A stretch of 32,000 nt of DNA from an uncultured Clostridia bacterium (GCA_948433435.1 CAOJDX010000014.1:6556-38555); one strand, 5' to 3'. Positions 1 to 9,149 are shown, counted from the first letter of the stretch. Notes: a model not told the origin generated them from the letters alone. Translations and numbers: made by a program.

Positions 1-1288
1 TGTTTATTATAATGAATATACTCTTAATTATCAGAAAGAAGAAAACAGTATTGATTCAGTAGGAAGTGAGGAAGTAAGTTGTGGAATTTTTAGTTTAGCT
101 AGTTTTGATTATGAAAATATCTCGTGTAAACAAATATTACCAGAGATTACTACTAAACCTGGATATTCTAATGCTAAATGGGTTACTAATTTAACAGATC
201 AGAGTGAAGACTCATGGGAACCTAACACAGAATATGATTTGCAGGAGGATACTATTTTGTATGCTAAGGCAACTGATGAGGAGTTACCTGTTTGGACGGT
301 GGCTGGTATTAGAAGGCCGGATTCTGAGGTAACTTCTAATTCTACTATATCTATTTTATTACGAGGAACTGATACAACGGGTAGAGTTGAGAGTAGTTTA
401 TCAACTGATAATATAGAAGTACTTATTGATGGCGAAAAAGTGAATCCTCAAATAACAGAAGTATCGCAACCTATGGAAGTTATGAATGGGTTACAGTATA
501 CTTTTACGATAACAGGAATTCATGAAAGTGGAAGTTTAAGTCTATTAATTGCTGAAGGTACTTTAAAAGATTCGTCGAATAATTTAAACGCTGTTACTTC
601 TATTATAACGGGAATTACTGTGAGTGATAGTCAGTTTGGTCTTACTGTCTGTAAAAGAGCAACTTCTTTACATTCTTCAAGTGATAATTTAACTTATGGA
701 AATTTAGGAACAGCTGGTGTATTAAGTAGTGGAGATGCTTTTGATTGTGATGTTAATACGGATGGTATTTTTGATGGAGAATTAGAAAGATTTTATTATT
801 TAGCTAATGCTAGTGACGAAGTGGGAATTTTTATTTATTATAGTAATGTTTTTGAGGGAAAACCTGATAATATGATTAAGGTAAAATACCATCTACCTGA
901 TGATGAGATTGAAGGGCCTGCATCTGCTATTTTAGAGCTTCCAACAATTGATCAATGGAGTAATGTTAATTTATTGAATAAAATAAGAAATATTACGAAT
1001 CAAGCTGGAGAGATTGTTCAACCTGAGTTTAGTTATATGGGATATGCAGCTAGATTATTAACTCTTGATGATATTCAAGCAGCATGTGGTTCGAAGGAAA
1101 ATGTTAGTAGTTGTTCTTATTTATTAGAAGGAGGGACTGACTATTTCTTGGAAAACTGTGAGAGTGGTATGTCAGCAATTTATTATATCAATAGTGAAGG
1201 TATTGTTAAGACTTCTATTGGAGGAGCTGAGGAGATGCATGGAGTTCGTCCAGTTATTGAAGTTCCTTTCTCTAATATTTCATATTAA
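1..1288 (+). CDS. Large secreted/surface protein, C-terminal portion (5' end upstream of window)
   Basis: The frame of the tracked ORF (239..1288) stays open back to base 2 (VYYNEYTLNYQKEEN...), so the gene starts outside the window. It has Ig-like/repeat-type sequence and a C-terminal domain ending ...HGVRPVIEVPFSNISY. A hairpin plus T-run follows the stop. Confidence 0.55.
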   Translation, partial: VYYNEYTLNYQKEENSIDSVGSEEVSCGIFSLASFDYENISCKQILPEITTKPGYSNAKWVTNLTDQSEDSWEPNTEYDLQEDTILYAKATDEELPVWTVAGIRRPDSEVTSNSTISILLRGTDTTGRVESSLSTDNIEVLIDGEKVNPQITEVSQPMEVMNGLQYTFTITGIHESGSLSLLIAEGTLKDSSNNLNAVTSIITGITVSDSQFGLTVCKRATSLHSSSDNLTYGNLGTAGVLSSGDAFDCDVNTDGIFDGELERFYYLANASDEVGIFIYYSNVFEGKPDNMIKVKYHLPDDEIEGPASAILELPTIDQWSNVNLLNKIRNITNQAGEIVQPEFSYMGYAARLLTLDDIQAACGSKENVSSCSYLLEGGTDYFLENCESGMSAIYYINSEGIVKTSIGGAEEMHGVRPVIEVPFSNISY

Positions 1289-1292
1289 AGTG

Positions 1293-1318
1293 AAAGTAGG
1301 CGAGATGTCTACTTTTTG
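1293..1318 (+). terminator. Intrinsic terminator after the surface-protein gene
   Basis: AAAGTAG (1293-1299) pairs with CTACTTT (1309-1315) and is followed by a T-run. Confidence 0.5.
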
Positions 1319-1390
1319 TCTGCTAATGATAAAAGTCTTTATCAATAAATGTGATGCATGTTATAATGATATAGAATGAGGTGTATAAAT

Positions 1391-3673
1391 ATGGCGAAGA
1401 AGAAAAAGAAAAAAGAGGTCAAGAAAGGTTTTGAACATAGTGCAGAACTTTATGGTATTTTATTTGTTTTGATGGCAATTTTAGGAGTTGGAAAGTATGG
1501 TCCTGTTGGACGAGTTATTGCTTCGTTTTCGTTATTTTTAGTAGGTTCTCTTTATATTCCTTTATTAGTTGCTTTATTTGTTATTGGTGGTTATTTGATC
1601 GTTAAGCGGAGTTGGCCAGATTTTTTTACTACTAAGTTAATTGGTACTTATATTGCTGTTTTAGGGTGTTTAATTTTAATGCATAAAGAATTTGTAGTAC
1701 AAAATGATGGTAATATGATTACTATTTTTAAAGAGACAATTAACCAGTTAGTGGCAGCATTTAACAGTATTATGAATAGTGGTTCTTTAAGTGATGTTTT
1801 TGCCGTTGGCGGAGGTATTATTGGTGGAGTTTTTGCGATTTTATTTAATAAATTATTTTCTATAGTTGGGATGGAAATTGTGGCTTTTGTTATGGTAGCT
1901 TTAGGAATTCTTTTATTTACTAGTTTTTCTATTTTGGACGTTATTCAGGAAAAATATCAAGAAGGGAAGGAGAAACATCGTGAGAAAAAGGAAATGCGAA
2001 AGCAGGCTAAAAAGGAAGGTCAAGAAAATGTTTCAGAAAAAAGTTCTGTTATTATTAGTGATGGTGAAGAGGAAGATGATGGAGCGACTAATAAAAAGGT
2101 CATTACTAGTATTACTGAGTTAACCAATCCAGTAAGGGATGAAGTAGTAGAGGAAAATAAAGAAGTTCAAACAGTTGTTCCTACTGTTCATCATAGTCAT
2201 AAAAAATATATTTTGCCCTCTATTGAACTTTTAGATAAACCAAAGAAAAAGCAAGGGAAAACTGATCAGACTGCAATTGAAAATAATATTGTTAAATTAG
2301 AGGCCGTATTAAAAGAATTTGGTATTAGTGGAAAGGTAGTAGAAGTGCATGTTGGTCCAACAGTTACTCAGTATGAGTTAGAGATAAAGTCAGGAACCAA
2401 AGTTAGTAAAATTTTAAATATTAATCGTGAAATTGCTTTGGAACTTGCTAAAAAAGATGTTAGAATTCAAGCTCCTATTCCTGGGAAGAGTACAGTTGGT
2501 ATTGAGTTGGCTAATGATGAAGCGGCATCAGTATCTTTTAGAGAAATTATGGAAAAGGTACCAAAGTCTAAAGCCGATTCTAAATTGTTAGTTCCTCTTG
2601 GCAAAAATATTATGGGTAATATGATTTCTTGTGAAATCAATAAAACTCCCCATTTATTAGTAGCTGGTTCTACAGGTAGTGGTAAATCTGTTTGTATTAA
2701 TGGAATTATTAGTTCTATTTTAATGAGAGCCAAGCCAGATGAGGTGAAACTTGTTTTAGTTGATCCTAAAAAGGTTGAATTTTCTATGTATGAGGGAATT
2801 CCTCATTTATTGTGTCCAGTGGTAACAGATCCAAAAAAAGCTAGTGTTGCGTTAGCGAAAACAGTTGTTGAGATGGAAAATAGATATGAGTTATTTAGTC
2901 AAACGAAAACGAAAAATATTGCTTCTTATAATGAATATATCGATCAGAGAAATAAAGGATTGCCAGATGATGAAAAAGAAAAAAGAATGCCTTTTATTGT
3001 TGTTATTGTCGATGAGCTTGCTGATTTAATGATGGTAGCTAGTAAAGATGTTGAGGCCAGTATTATGCGTATTACACAGATGGCTCGTGCTGCTGGTATT
3101 CATTTGATTATAGCTACTCAAAGACCTTCTACGAATGTTATTACTGGTGTTATTAAGGCTAACATTCCTTCTCGTATAGCTTTTGCGGTTAGTAGTAGTA
3201 TTGATTCTCGGACTATTCTTGATGCTATGGGAGCAGAGAAGTTATTAGGAAAAGGAGACATGTTATTTTTACCAATGGGAGAAGGAATTCCAGAGCGTGT
3301 TCAAGGGGCTTTTATTTCTGATGATGAAATTAAGAGACTAGTTGACTATTCAATTGAGCAACAGCAAGCTGAATTTGATCCTGCTTTTGAAAATTTAGAG
3401 GTAGCTTCTACTGATAAATCAGCCTCTCAAATTGAAGATATGAAGGAAGTTGAAGAGTATGATGATCCTTTATATAATGAAATTGTTGACTTTGTTGTAA
3501 CAAGTGGAAAGGCCAGTGCTTCTTTATTACAAAGAAGATTTAAATTAGGATATAATAGAGCGGCTAGAATTGTTGATTTATTAGAGGAACGGGGAATTAT
3601 TGGGCCACCAAATGGTTCTAAACCAAGAGAAGTTTTAGTTAAACTTGAAGGGCAAGAGCAGCAAGAAGAATAA
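1391..3673 (+). CDS. ftsK: DNA translocase FtsK/SpoIIIE
   Basis: N-terminal TM segments, Walker A GSTGSGKS, Walker B IVVIVDELADLM, the ATQRPS motif, and a C-terminal gamma winged helix (LLQRRFKLGYNRAARIVDLLEERGIIG). Start moved to ATG 1391 (MAKKKKKK), which sits 7 nt after GAGGTG, rather than the track's 1376. Confidence 0.95.
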   Translation: MAKKKKKKEVKKGFEHSAELYGILFVLMAILGVGKYGPVGRVIASFSLFLVGSLYIPLLVALFVIGGYLIVKRSWPDFFTTKLIGTYIAVLGCLILMHKEFVVQNDGNMITIFKETINQLVAAFNSIMNSGSLSDVFAVGGGIIGGVFAILFNKLFSIVGMEIVAFVMVALGILLFTSFSILDVIQEKYQEGKEKHREKKEMRKQAKKEGQENVSEKSSVIISDGEEEDDGATNKKVITSITELTNPVRDEVVEENKEVQTVVPTVHHSHKKYILPSIELLDKPKKKQGKTDQTAIENNIVKLEAVLKEFGISGKVVEVHVGPTVTQYELEIKSGTKVSKILNINREIALELAKKDVRIQAPIPGKSTVGIELANDEAASVSFREIMEKVPKSKADSKLLVPLGKNIMGNMISCEINKTPHLLVAGSTGSGKSVCINGIISSILMRAKPDEVKLVLVDPKKVEFSMYEGIPHLLCPVVTDPKKASVALAKTVVEMENRYELFSQTKTKNIASYNEYIDQRNKGLPDDEKEKRMPFIVVIVDELADLMMVASKDVEASIMRITQMARAAGIHLIIATQRPSTNVITGVIKANIPSRIAFAVSSSIDSRTILDAMGAEKLLGKGDMLFLPMGEGIPERVQGAFISDDEIKRLVDYSIEQQQAEFDPAFENLEVASTDKSASQIEDMKEVEEYDDPLYNEIVDFVVTSGKASASLLQRRFKLGYNRAARIVDLLEERGIIGPPNGSKPREVLVKLEGQEQQEE

Positions 3674-3685
3674 TCATTTTATCTT

Positions 3686-3724
3686 AGAGGACAGTAAATG
3701 ATAATAATGTCTTCTTTTCTTTTG
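3686..3724 (+). terminator. Probable intrinsic terminator after ftsK
   Basis: AGAGGACA (3686-3693) pairs with TGTCTTCT (3708-3715) with one G-U, followed by a T-rich tail. Confidence 0.4.
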
Positions 3725-3762
3725 TTCTAGATGTTATAATTAGATAGAGGATGGTGATAAAG

Positions 3763-4467
3763 ATGGCAACGCCACATATAGAAAGTAAAAAAGAAGATAT
3801 TGCAAAGATTGTTTTAATGCCAGGTGATCCGCTTAGAGCAGAGATGATTGCAAAAAATTATTTAGAAAATTACCGAGTAGTAAATAAGGTTAGGGGAATG
3901 AATGCCTATACAGGTTTTTATAAAGGAAAAGAAGTTACTATTTTTCCTTCTGGTATGGGAATTCCTAGTATGGGAATTTATTCTTATGAATTATTTCAGT
4001 TTTATGATGTTGAAAAAATTATTAGAATAGGAACGACTGGAGCTTATACTGAAAACTTAAATCTTTTTGATCTTGTTTTAGTAGAAAATAGTTATTCTAA
4101 ATCGAATTATGCTTTAGATTTATATGATTCTGATGATCATATGATTAGTGCAGATATCGACTTGAATGCTAAAATTAAAAATGTAGCTTTTCAGAAGGAT
4201 GTTTTATTACAATATGGGAATGTTTATTCTACAGAGACCTTTTATGATAGTCATTCGAATATTAAAGATTTATATGAGAAATATCATTGTTTAGGGGCAG
4301 AAATGGAAAGTTATGCACTTTTTCATAATGCTAAATTTTTAAATAAAAAGGCTGCTTGTCTTTTGACAGTATCTGATAATCTGATTACAAAGGAAGAAAC
4401 AACAAGCGAAGAAAGACAAAATTCATTAAATCAAATGATTGAACTTGCTTTAAATTCAATCTTATAA
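3763..4467 (+). CDS. deoD: Purine nucleoside phosphorylase DeoD-type
   Basis: MATPHIESKKEDIAKIVLMPGDPLRA... closely parallels the DeoD N-terminus (MATPHI...VLMPGDPLRA). GAEMES and the hexameric PNP-family layout are present. Start chosen at ATG 3763, in frame with the tracked 3751. Confidence 0.9.
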   Translation: MATPHIESKKEDIAKIVLMPGDPLRAEMIAKNYLENYRVVNKVRGMNAYTGFYKGKEVTIFPSGMGIPSMGIYSYELFQFYDVEKIIRIGTTGAYTENLNLFDLVLVENSYSKSNYALDLYDSDDHMISADIDLNAKIKNVAFQKDVLLQYGNVYSTETFYDSHSNIKDLYEKYHCLGAEMESYALFHNAKFLNKKAACLLTVSDNLITKEETTSEERQNSLNQMIELALNSIL

Positions 4468-4505
4468 AAAAAATAAAATGGATCATACTAAAAAGGAGGG
4501 ATAAT

Positions 4506-5768
4506 ATGGAATATGTGAAAAAAAACTTAGGATCTTATCATTTACACTTAATTAAAAATACGAATTTTAAATCGGTTATGGTGAAAGTGTATTTTAGAGA
4601 GCCTATTAGAAAAGAAAAGATAACTATTCATAATTTTTTAACGACAATGCTAACTTTTTCATCAGAGAAATATCCAACTAGGAGAGAAATGTTTTTAAAA
4701 ACACAAGATTTGTATTCTTGTAGTATTGCTAGTAGTGACTCAAGATTGGGAAATTATCTTAATACTTCTTTTCGTTTATCTGTTTTAAAAGATAAATATA
4801 CAGAAGAAGGTAATTTAGAGAAAGCTATTGAATTTTTAAGTGAACTTATTTATCATCCTAATGTTGAAAAAAATAAATTTGATGAAAAGTCATTTGACAT
4901 TGTTATGAATCAGGCTTGTCTTGCTTTGAGTAGTATTAAAGAAGATGCTAGTGGTTATAGTATGATTCGAATGTTAGAAAATATGGATGAGGATTCTCCT
5001 ATATCTTATCGAGCTTTTGGGTATTTAGAAGATTTAAAAAATATTACTAGAGAAAATTTGTATGAGTATTATCAAGAAATGTTAAAAAATGATGATATGG
5101 ATATTTTTGTAATAGGAGATATCGATTTTGAAGAAATGGATCCCATTATTCGAAAATATTTTAAGCAAAAAACTTTTAAAAAGACAAAGGGAGATTTTTT
5201 AATTCCTGCCAAAAAGGCTTCTATAAAGAAGAGAATTGTTACAGAAGATAATGAGGCTACACAATCTAAATTAGCTATTGGGTGTCGGGTGATGAATTTA
5301 GAAGATTATGAAAGAAATTATCCTTTAACTCTTTATAATATTATTTTAGGAGGAGGACCCGATTCTAAATTATTTAGTGAAGTTAGGGAGAAGAATTCTT
5401 TATGCTATTATATTGGAAGTACAGCTAATAAACTGGATAATCTTCTTATTATTAGAGCGGGAATTTCTAGGAATGACTTTAAAAAGGCTATTAAAATTAT
5501 AGAGAAGCAAATGAGTGATATTGCTAAAGGGAATTTTACTGAAGAAGATATAGATAAGGCTAAGGAATTATATCAAACTGCTATTGAAGAAATTCAGGAA
5601 AGTGAATCAGAGATTATTTCTTCTTATTATATGATTGAGCTTTTAGGAGTAGATGATATTGAAACGAAGGCAAAAAAAATGAGGGAAGTAACAAAGAAGG
5701 AAATTATGAAAGTAGCTAAGAGAATTAAAATTGATATGATTTATATGTTAGAGGGGGTGCAAGAATAA
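4506..5768 (+). CDS. M16 (pitrilysin) family peptidase-like protein, non-catalytic partner
   Basis: 420 aa with the two-lobe M16 layout. The zinc-motif position reads HNFLTTM rather than HxxEH. The stop overlaps the next start (TAATG at 5766-5770). Confidence 0.75.
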   Translation: MEYVKKNLGSYHLHLIKNTNFKSVMVKVYFREPIRKEKITIHNFLTTMLTFSSEKYPTRREMFLKTQDLYSCSIASSDSRLGNYLNTSFRLSVLKDKYTEEGNLEKAIEFLSELIYHPNVEKNKFDEKSFDIVMNQACLALSSIKEDASGYSMIRMLENMDEDSPISYRAFGYLEDLKNITRENLYEYYQEMLKNDDMDIFVIGDIDFEEMDPIIRKYFKQKTFKKTKGDFLIPAKKASIKKRIVTEDNEATQSKLAIGCRVMNLEDYERNYPLTLYNIILGGGPDSKLFSEVREKNSLCYYIGSTANKLDNLLIIRAGISRNDFKKAIKIIEKQMSDIAKGNFTEEDIDKAKELYQTAIEEIQESESEIISSYYMIELLGVDDIETKAKKMREVTKKEIMKVAKRIKIDMIYMLEGVQE

Positions 5769-7069
5769 TGGAAAAGATAAATTTTTCTGAGGAATTGGAA
5801 TTAGAAGGCTATTATGAAAAATTAGATAATGAGTTAGAAGTTTATTTAGTTCCGATGGAAAATAAGGATAAATATTTTTTGACTTATGCTACTAAATTTG
5901 GTTCTACTACTACAACGTTTACTCCAGGAGATTCTAAAAGAGAGGTAACAGTTCCAGATGGAATTGCTCATTTTTTGGAACATAAAATGTTTGAACAAGA
6001 AGATGGTGTAGATCCTTTTACCTTTTTTTCTAAGAGTGGAACAGATGCTAATGCTTCTACTAATTTTGAAGGAACACGTTATATTGCTTCTGGGACTAAA
6101 AATTATGAAGAAAATTTAAGATATTTAATTCGTTATGTTAATAGTCCATACTTTACCGATGAAAATGTAGAAAAAGAAAAAGGAATTATTGCTCAAGAAA
6201 TTAATATGTATAAGGATGAAGCAGAGTATGCTATTGAGAATACACTGAGAAAAAATACTTATCATAAAGATCATCATCGGATCGATATTGCTGGTGAAGT
6301 GGAAGACATTGAGAAGATTACAAAAGAAGATTTATATTTATGTTATAATAACTTTTATCAGCCAAGAAATATGTTTTTATTAGTGGTGGGAAAGTTTAAT
6401 GTTGATCAAACAAAAAGAATTATTGACGAAGAATTAAGACCACTAGTGAATAAGACGGAGACTATTCCTATTATTAAAGAGATAAAGGAACCTCAGTCTA
6501 TTAAAAAGAAAGAGGAAACTATTCCTTTTAATATTACTATTCCTAAAATTATGCTTTCTGTTAAGACACCTATTAGTAATTTTAAGATAGATGATCAATT
6601 CAAATTAGATTTTTATTTAAGAGTTATTATGAGTGTTGCTTTTGGAAATGGTTCTCTTTTTAGAGAAAGAATTACCAATCATAATTTGATGACTAGATTT
6701 TATACAGATTTGGAGTCTGTTCAACAATATAAGACCATTTATATATATGCTGAAAGTATTAAACCAGATGAATTGTTACAAGAAATCTATCAAGAATTTG
6801 ATCATATTGTAGTTACTGAAGAAGATTTGGAACGTTTAAAGAAAGTTTTTATTGCTCAGGAGATAAAGCAAGCGGATTATGTTGATGGTGTAACAATGAG
6901 TATTACTAATGATTTAATTCGGTATCATCGATTAATTCATAATCCAATTGAGCTGTATAAAAGTTTAAATATTGAGGAATTAAATAAAGTATTAAAAGCT
7001 ATAGAGTTTAAAAATCGAGCTTTAGTAACTTATGTTCCTAAAAATATGCCTAGTTTTGATAAAAATTAA
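5768..7069 (+). CDS. M16 family zinc metallopeptidase (catalytic partner)
   Basis: HFLEH (HxxEH inverted zincin motif) in GIAHFLEHKMFEQ. Translationally coupled to the upstream M16 paralogue, resembling the YmfF/YmfH-type pair found near ftsK in Bacilli. Confidence 0.85.
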   Translation: MEKINFSEELELEGYYEKLDNELEVYLVPMENKDKYFLTYATKFGSTTTTFTPGDSKREVTVPDGIAHFLEHKMFEQEDGVDPFTFFSKSGTDANASTNFEGTRYIASGTKNYEENLRYLIRYVNSPYFTDENVEKEKGIIAQEINMYKDEAEYAIENTLRKNTYHKDHHRIDIAGEVEDIEKITKEDLYLCYNNFYQPRNMFLLVVGKFNVDQTKRIIDEELRPLVNKTETIPIIKEIKEPQSIKKKEETIPFNITIPKIMLSVKTPISNFKIDDQFKLDFYLRVIMSVAFGNGSLFRERITNHNLMTRFYTDLESVQQYKTIYIYAESIKPDELLQEIYQEFDHIVVTEEDLERLKKVFIAQEIKQADYVDGVTMSITNDLIRYHRLIHNPIELYKSLNIEELNKVLKAIEFKNRALVTYVPKNMPSFDKN

Positions 7070-7085
7070 ATATAATTGTTTTAGT

Positions 7086-7111
7086 AGAGACCTTTAGAGG
7101 TTTCTTTTTTT
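7086..7111 (+). terminator. Intrinsic terminator closing the chromosomal operon
   Basis: AGAGACCT (7086-7093) pairs with AGGTTTCT (7098-7105), giving an 8-bp stem with one G-U and loop TTAG, followed by a T-run to 7110. Confidence 0.7.
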
Positions 7112-7148
7112 ATAGGGTGATTATAATACCCCTTTGACAAAATGACTT

Positions 7149-7158
7149 GGGGGGGGGG
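7149..7158. repeat. G10 homopolymer tract
   Basis: Ten consecutive G (7149-7158) in an AT-rich intergenic region, 10 nt downstream of a perfect TTGACA (7134-7139). Confidence 0.9.
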
Positions 7159-7359
7159 AGATTAAAGCATATACCCAAAATGTTGGTAAATGCTAAAAAT
7201 GCCTTATAATACAAGGCTTTGTGGATAGTTTAATAAAATTTGTTTTATAGATGAAAAATGATTATTTGATAAAAAGTATTAAAATTGTATGTTTATTAAA
7301 GTTCTCAAACAATGAGAGCTTTTTATTTGTTGTAAAAAAGAAAAAGGGGGATTGATAAA

Positions 7360-8241
7360 ATGACAAATAAAAATATAATTAAAGTAGGAACTTTCTTTAG
7401 TGGAATAGGAAGTCCAGAAAAGGCACTAGAAAGATTAAAAAATGAAGGAGTTATAAAAGATTATGAAGTTGAATTCTTTTCAGAAATTGATAAAAATGCG
7501 ATTAAAAGTTATTGTGCAATTCATAATGTAGATGAAAGTTTAAATCTTGGTAGTATAACAGATATTAAAGGGAATGATTTACCATATTGTGATCTTTGGG
7601 TTGGAGGTTTTCCATGTCAAGATATATCATGTGCAGGTAAAATGCGTAGCTTTAATTTTGAAAGTTCAACAAGATCATCACTTGGTTGGGAGATGATTAG
7701 ACTACTTAGAGAAGTAAATATAAAACCAAAATACGTTATATTTGAAAATGTAGCTATGATTACAAGTAAGAAATTTAAAGATACATTAAATCTATTTAAA
7801 GAAGATTTAATGAGTTTAGGATATACATTATATGATGAACTATTAAGCGCTACTGATTATGAAATACCTCAAACTAGAACGAGGTATTTTTTAGTTGCAA
7901 TATTAGGTGATAATAAAAGGTTTAGATTTCCAGATAAGATAGAAAACAATGCAATGTTAAAGGATTTACTTGAGGAAGAAGTAGATGAAAAATATTATCT
8001 AACTGATTCAAATTATATAGAAAAAGATAATAAAAGGATATTTAAACATAAGAATAGAGATGATATAGAGTATGAAGTTGATATGTATAAATATTTTAAT
8101 GGCGGTGTATGTGGGGTAGATAAACATACAAAGTTTGCTATTTCTTCACGATTATTTTCTATATATGGAAATTCACCAACTTTAACAGCAAGTAACACTT
8201 CTGATAATAGCAAAATTGTTATAGAAAGCGAGGAAAAATAA
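7360..8241 (+). CDS. DNA (cytosine-5)-methyltransferase, N-terminal and TRD part (frame-interrupted)
   Basis: Motif I FFSGIGS, motif IV GGFPCQDIS, motif VI FENV, motif VIII QTRTRYF, and a TLTAS element in the TRD. The ORF stops at TAA 8239-8241 before motifs IX and X. Confidence 0.9.
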   Translation: MTNKNIIKVGTFFSGIGSPEKALERLKNEGVIKDYEVEFFSEIDKNAIKSYCAIHNVDESLNLGSITDIKGNDLPYCDLWVGGFPCQDISCAGKMRSFNFESSTRSSLGWEMIRLLREVNIKPKYVIFENVAMITSKKFKDTLNLFKEDLMSLGYTLYDELLSATDYEIPQTRTRYFLVAILGDNKRFRFPDKIENNAMLKDLLEEEVDEKYYLTDSNYIEKDNKRIFKHKNRDDIEYEVDMYKYFNGGVCGVDKHTKFAISSRLFSIYGNSPTLTASNTSDNSKIVIESEEK

Positions 8242-8411
8242 TGAGAATAAGAAGATTAACACCAAAAGAATGCTGGCGACTAATGGGATTTGATGATTCA
8301 GATTTTGATAAAGCAAATAAAGTATGTAGTGAAACAAATCTTTATCATCAAGCAGGAAATTCTATTGTAGTAAATGTTATGTATTCTATTTTAAAAGAAT
8401 TACTAAGATAA
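8241..8411 (+). CDS. DNA (cytosine-5)-methyltransferase, C-terminal part (motifs IX-X) in a different frame
   Basis: This ORF is absent from the supplied track (56 aa). It reads MRIRRLTPKECWRLMGFDDSDFDKANKVCSETNLYHQAGNSIVVNVMYSILKELLR. RRLTPKECWRLMGF is motif IX and QAGNSIVV is motif X. Its ATG overlaps the upstream stop (TAATG). Confidence 0.85.
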   Translation: MRIRRLTPKECWRLMGFDDSDFDKANKVCSETNLYHQAGNSIVVNVMYSILKELLR

Positions 8412-8429
8412 TTATAAATAAAAAAGATG

Positions 8430-8693
8430 CTATTTTGCATCCTTATCATTATCCATAAGTTTTTCGTAACCATCAAAAAATTTTCTAATATCAAAATTAT
8501 ATTTTTGAGCCAAAAAGAATAGGGTATCTAGTGAAATTCCTGTATCTACATTTGGACTTTCAATATGAGATATAAAACTTCTACTCATATCTGTATCTTC
8601 TGCCATTTTTTCTTGTGATTTACCAATTATATCTTTTCTTATGGATTTCATGTTTTTCCCTATAAGGGTAAAAAGTTCATAAGTGTTTTTCAC
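8430..8693 (-). CDS. XRE-family helix-turn-helix transcriptional regulator
   Basis: 87 aa. SQEKMAEDTDMSRSFISHIES is a typical Cro/CI HTH. Convergent with the methyltransferase, with a shared hairpin GATGC/GCATC near 8426-8442. Confidence 0.8.
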   Translation of the reverse strand: MKNTYELFTLIGKNMKSIRKDIIGKSQEKMAEDTDMSRSFISHIESPNVDTGISLDTLFFLAQKYNFDIRKFFDGYEKLMDNDKDAK

Positions 8694-8802
8694 AGCAATA
8701 CCTCCTATATATAATTTTATAGGAAATACGAGTTTTATACTGCTCCTCTGTAAGGAGCAAAATTGTTGTTGATATTACTATTTTTATGTTATAATTAAAT
8801 TG

Positions 8803-8836
8803 GCACAAAAAAGAATACTTTTTAATTGTATTCTTT
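8803..8836 (-). terminator. Intrinsic terminator (minus strand) after the 8835..9098 gene
   Basis: On the minus strand, AAAGAATAC pairs with GTATTCTTT (plus coordinates 8809-8817 and 8828-8836) and is followed by a T-run. The stem includes the stop codon. Confidence 0.55.
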
Positions 8837-9098
8837 ATCGCCTAGGAATGCGACGATTTTCAATATTTTCTCTTTTCTCAAATAATTGGAAAAGTTCAAC
8901 ATTAAGCACAGCTGCGATGTGATCAATATAGTCGATTCTAGTATTTCTTTTAGCATTTTCTAAATTAGATACATAAGTAGGAGTAGTTCCAAGCTTATCT
9001 GCAAAATCTTCTTGGGACCAACCTTTTTGTAATCTATAGTAAACTATATTATTTGCTAGAATACTACGAGCATCAGATTTTAATTTAATTGTCATCAC
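8835..9098 (-). CDS. XRE-family helix-turn-helix transcriptional regulator (candidate element repressor)
   Basis: 87 aa. WSQEDFADKLGTTPTYVSNLENAKRN is a canonical XRE HTH. Divergent from the 9259 gene, with a palindromic operator in between. Confidence 0.85.
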   Translation of the reverse strand: MMTIKLKSDARSILANNIVYYRLQKGWSQEDFADKLGTTPTYVSNLENAKRNTRIDYIDHIAAVLNVELFQLFEKRENIENRRIPRR

Positions 9099-9149
9099 AT
9101 CCTTCCTTTACTTACTACTATTGTAATAAGTTTGTAAAAAACTAACCAT

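Noticed and set aside
1100-1288. Possible second DGR target: the chromosomal surface protein ends in a domain terminating ...HGVRPVIEV, reminiscent of the ...NGAVRPALL end of the VR.
   Set aside because: There is no nucleotide similarity to the TR. In particular the GC-rich GGCGCCGTCCGCCC block is absent. The resemblance is at most a shared fold family.
2467-2733. Numerous short overlapping ORFs embedded in longer genes. Antisense: 2467-2733, 8013-8213, 11025-11231, 12270-12485, 12881-13072, 12963-13181, 13642-13890, 15572-15841, 20783-21058, 21737-21931, 22810-23013, 25852-26100, 26854-27090, 27426-27713. Also the sense-strand 1158-1379.
   Set aside because: Each lies inside, or mostly inside, a longer ORF with clear family motifs. 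They lack ribosome-binding sites and have the skewed composition expected from translating AT-rich DNA in the wrong frame.
7360-8411. A complete restriction-modification system.
   Set aside because: No endonuclease candidate is adjacent. The neighbours are a convergent XRE gene and an intergenic junction, so the gene is treated as an orphan, frame-interrupted methyltransferase.
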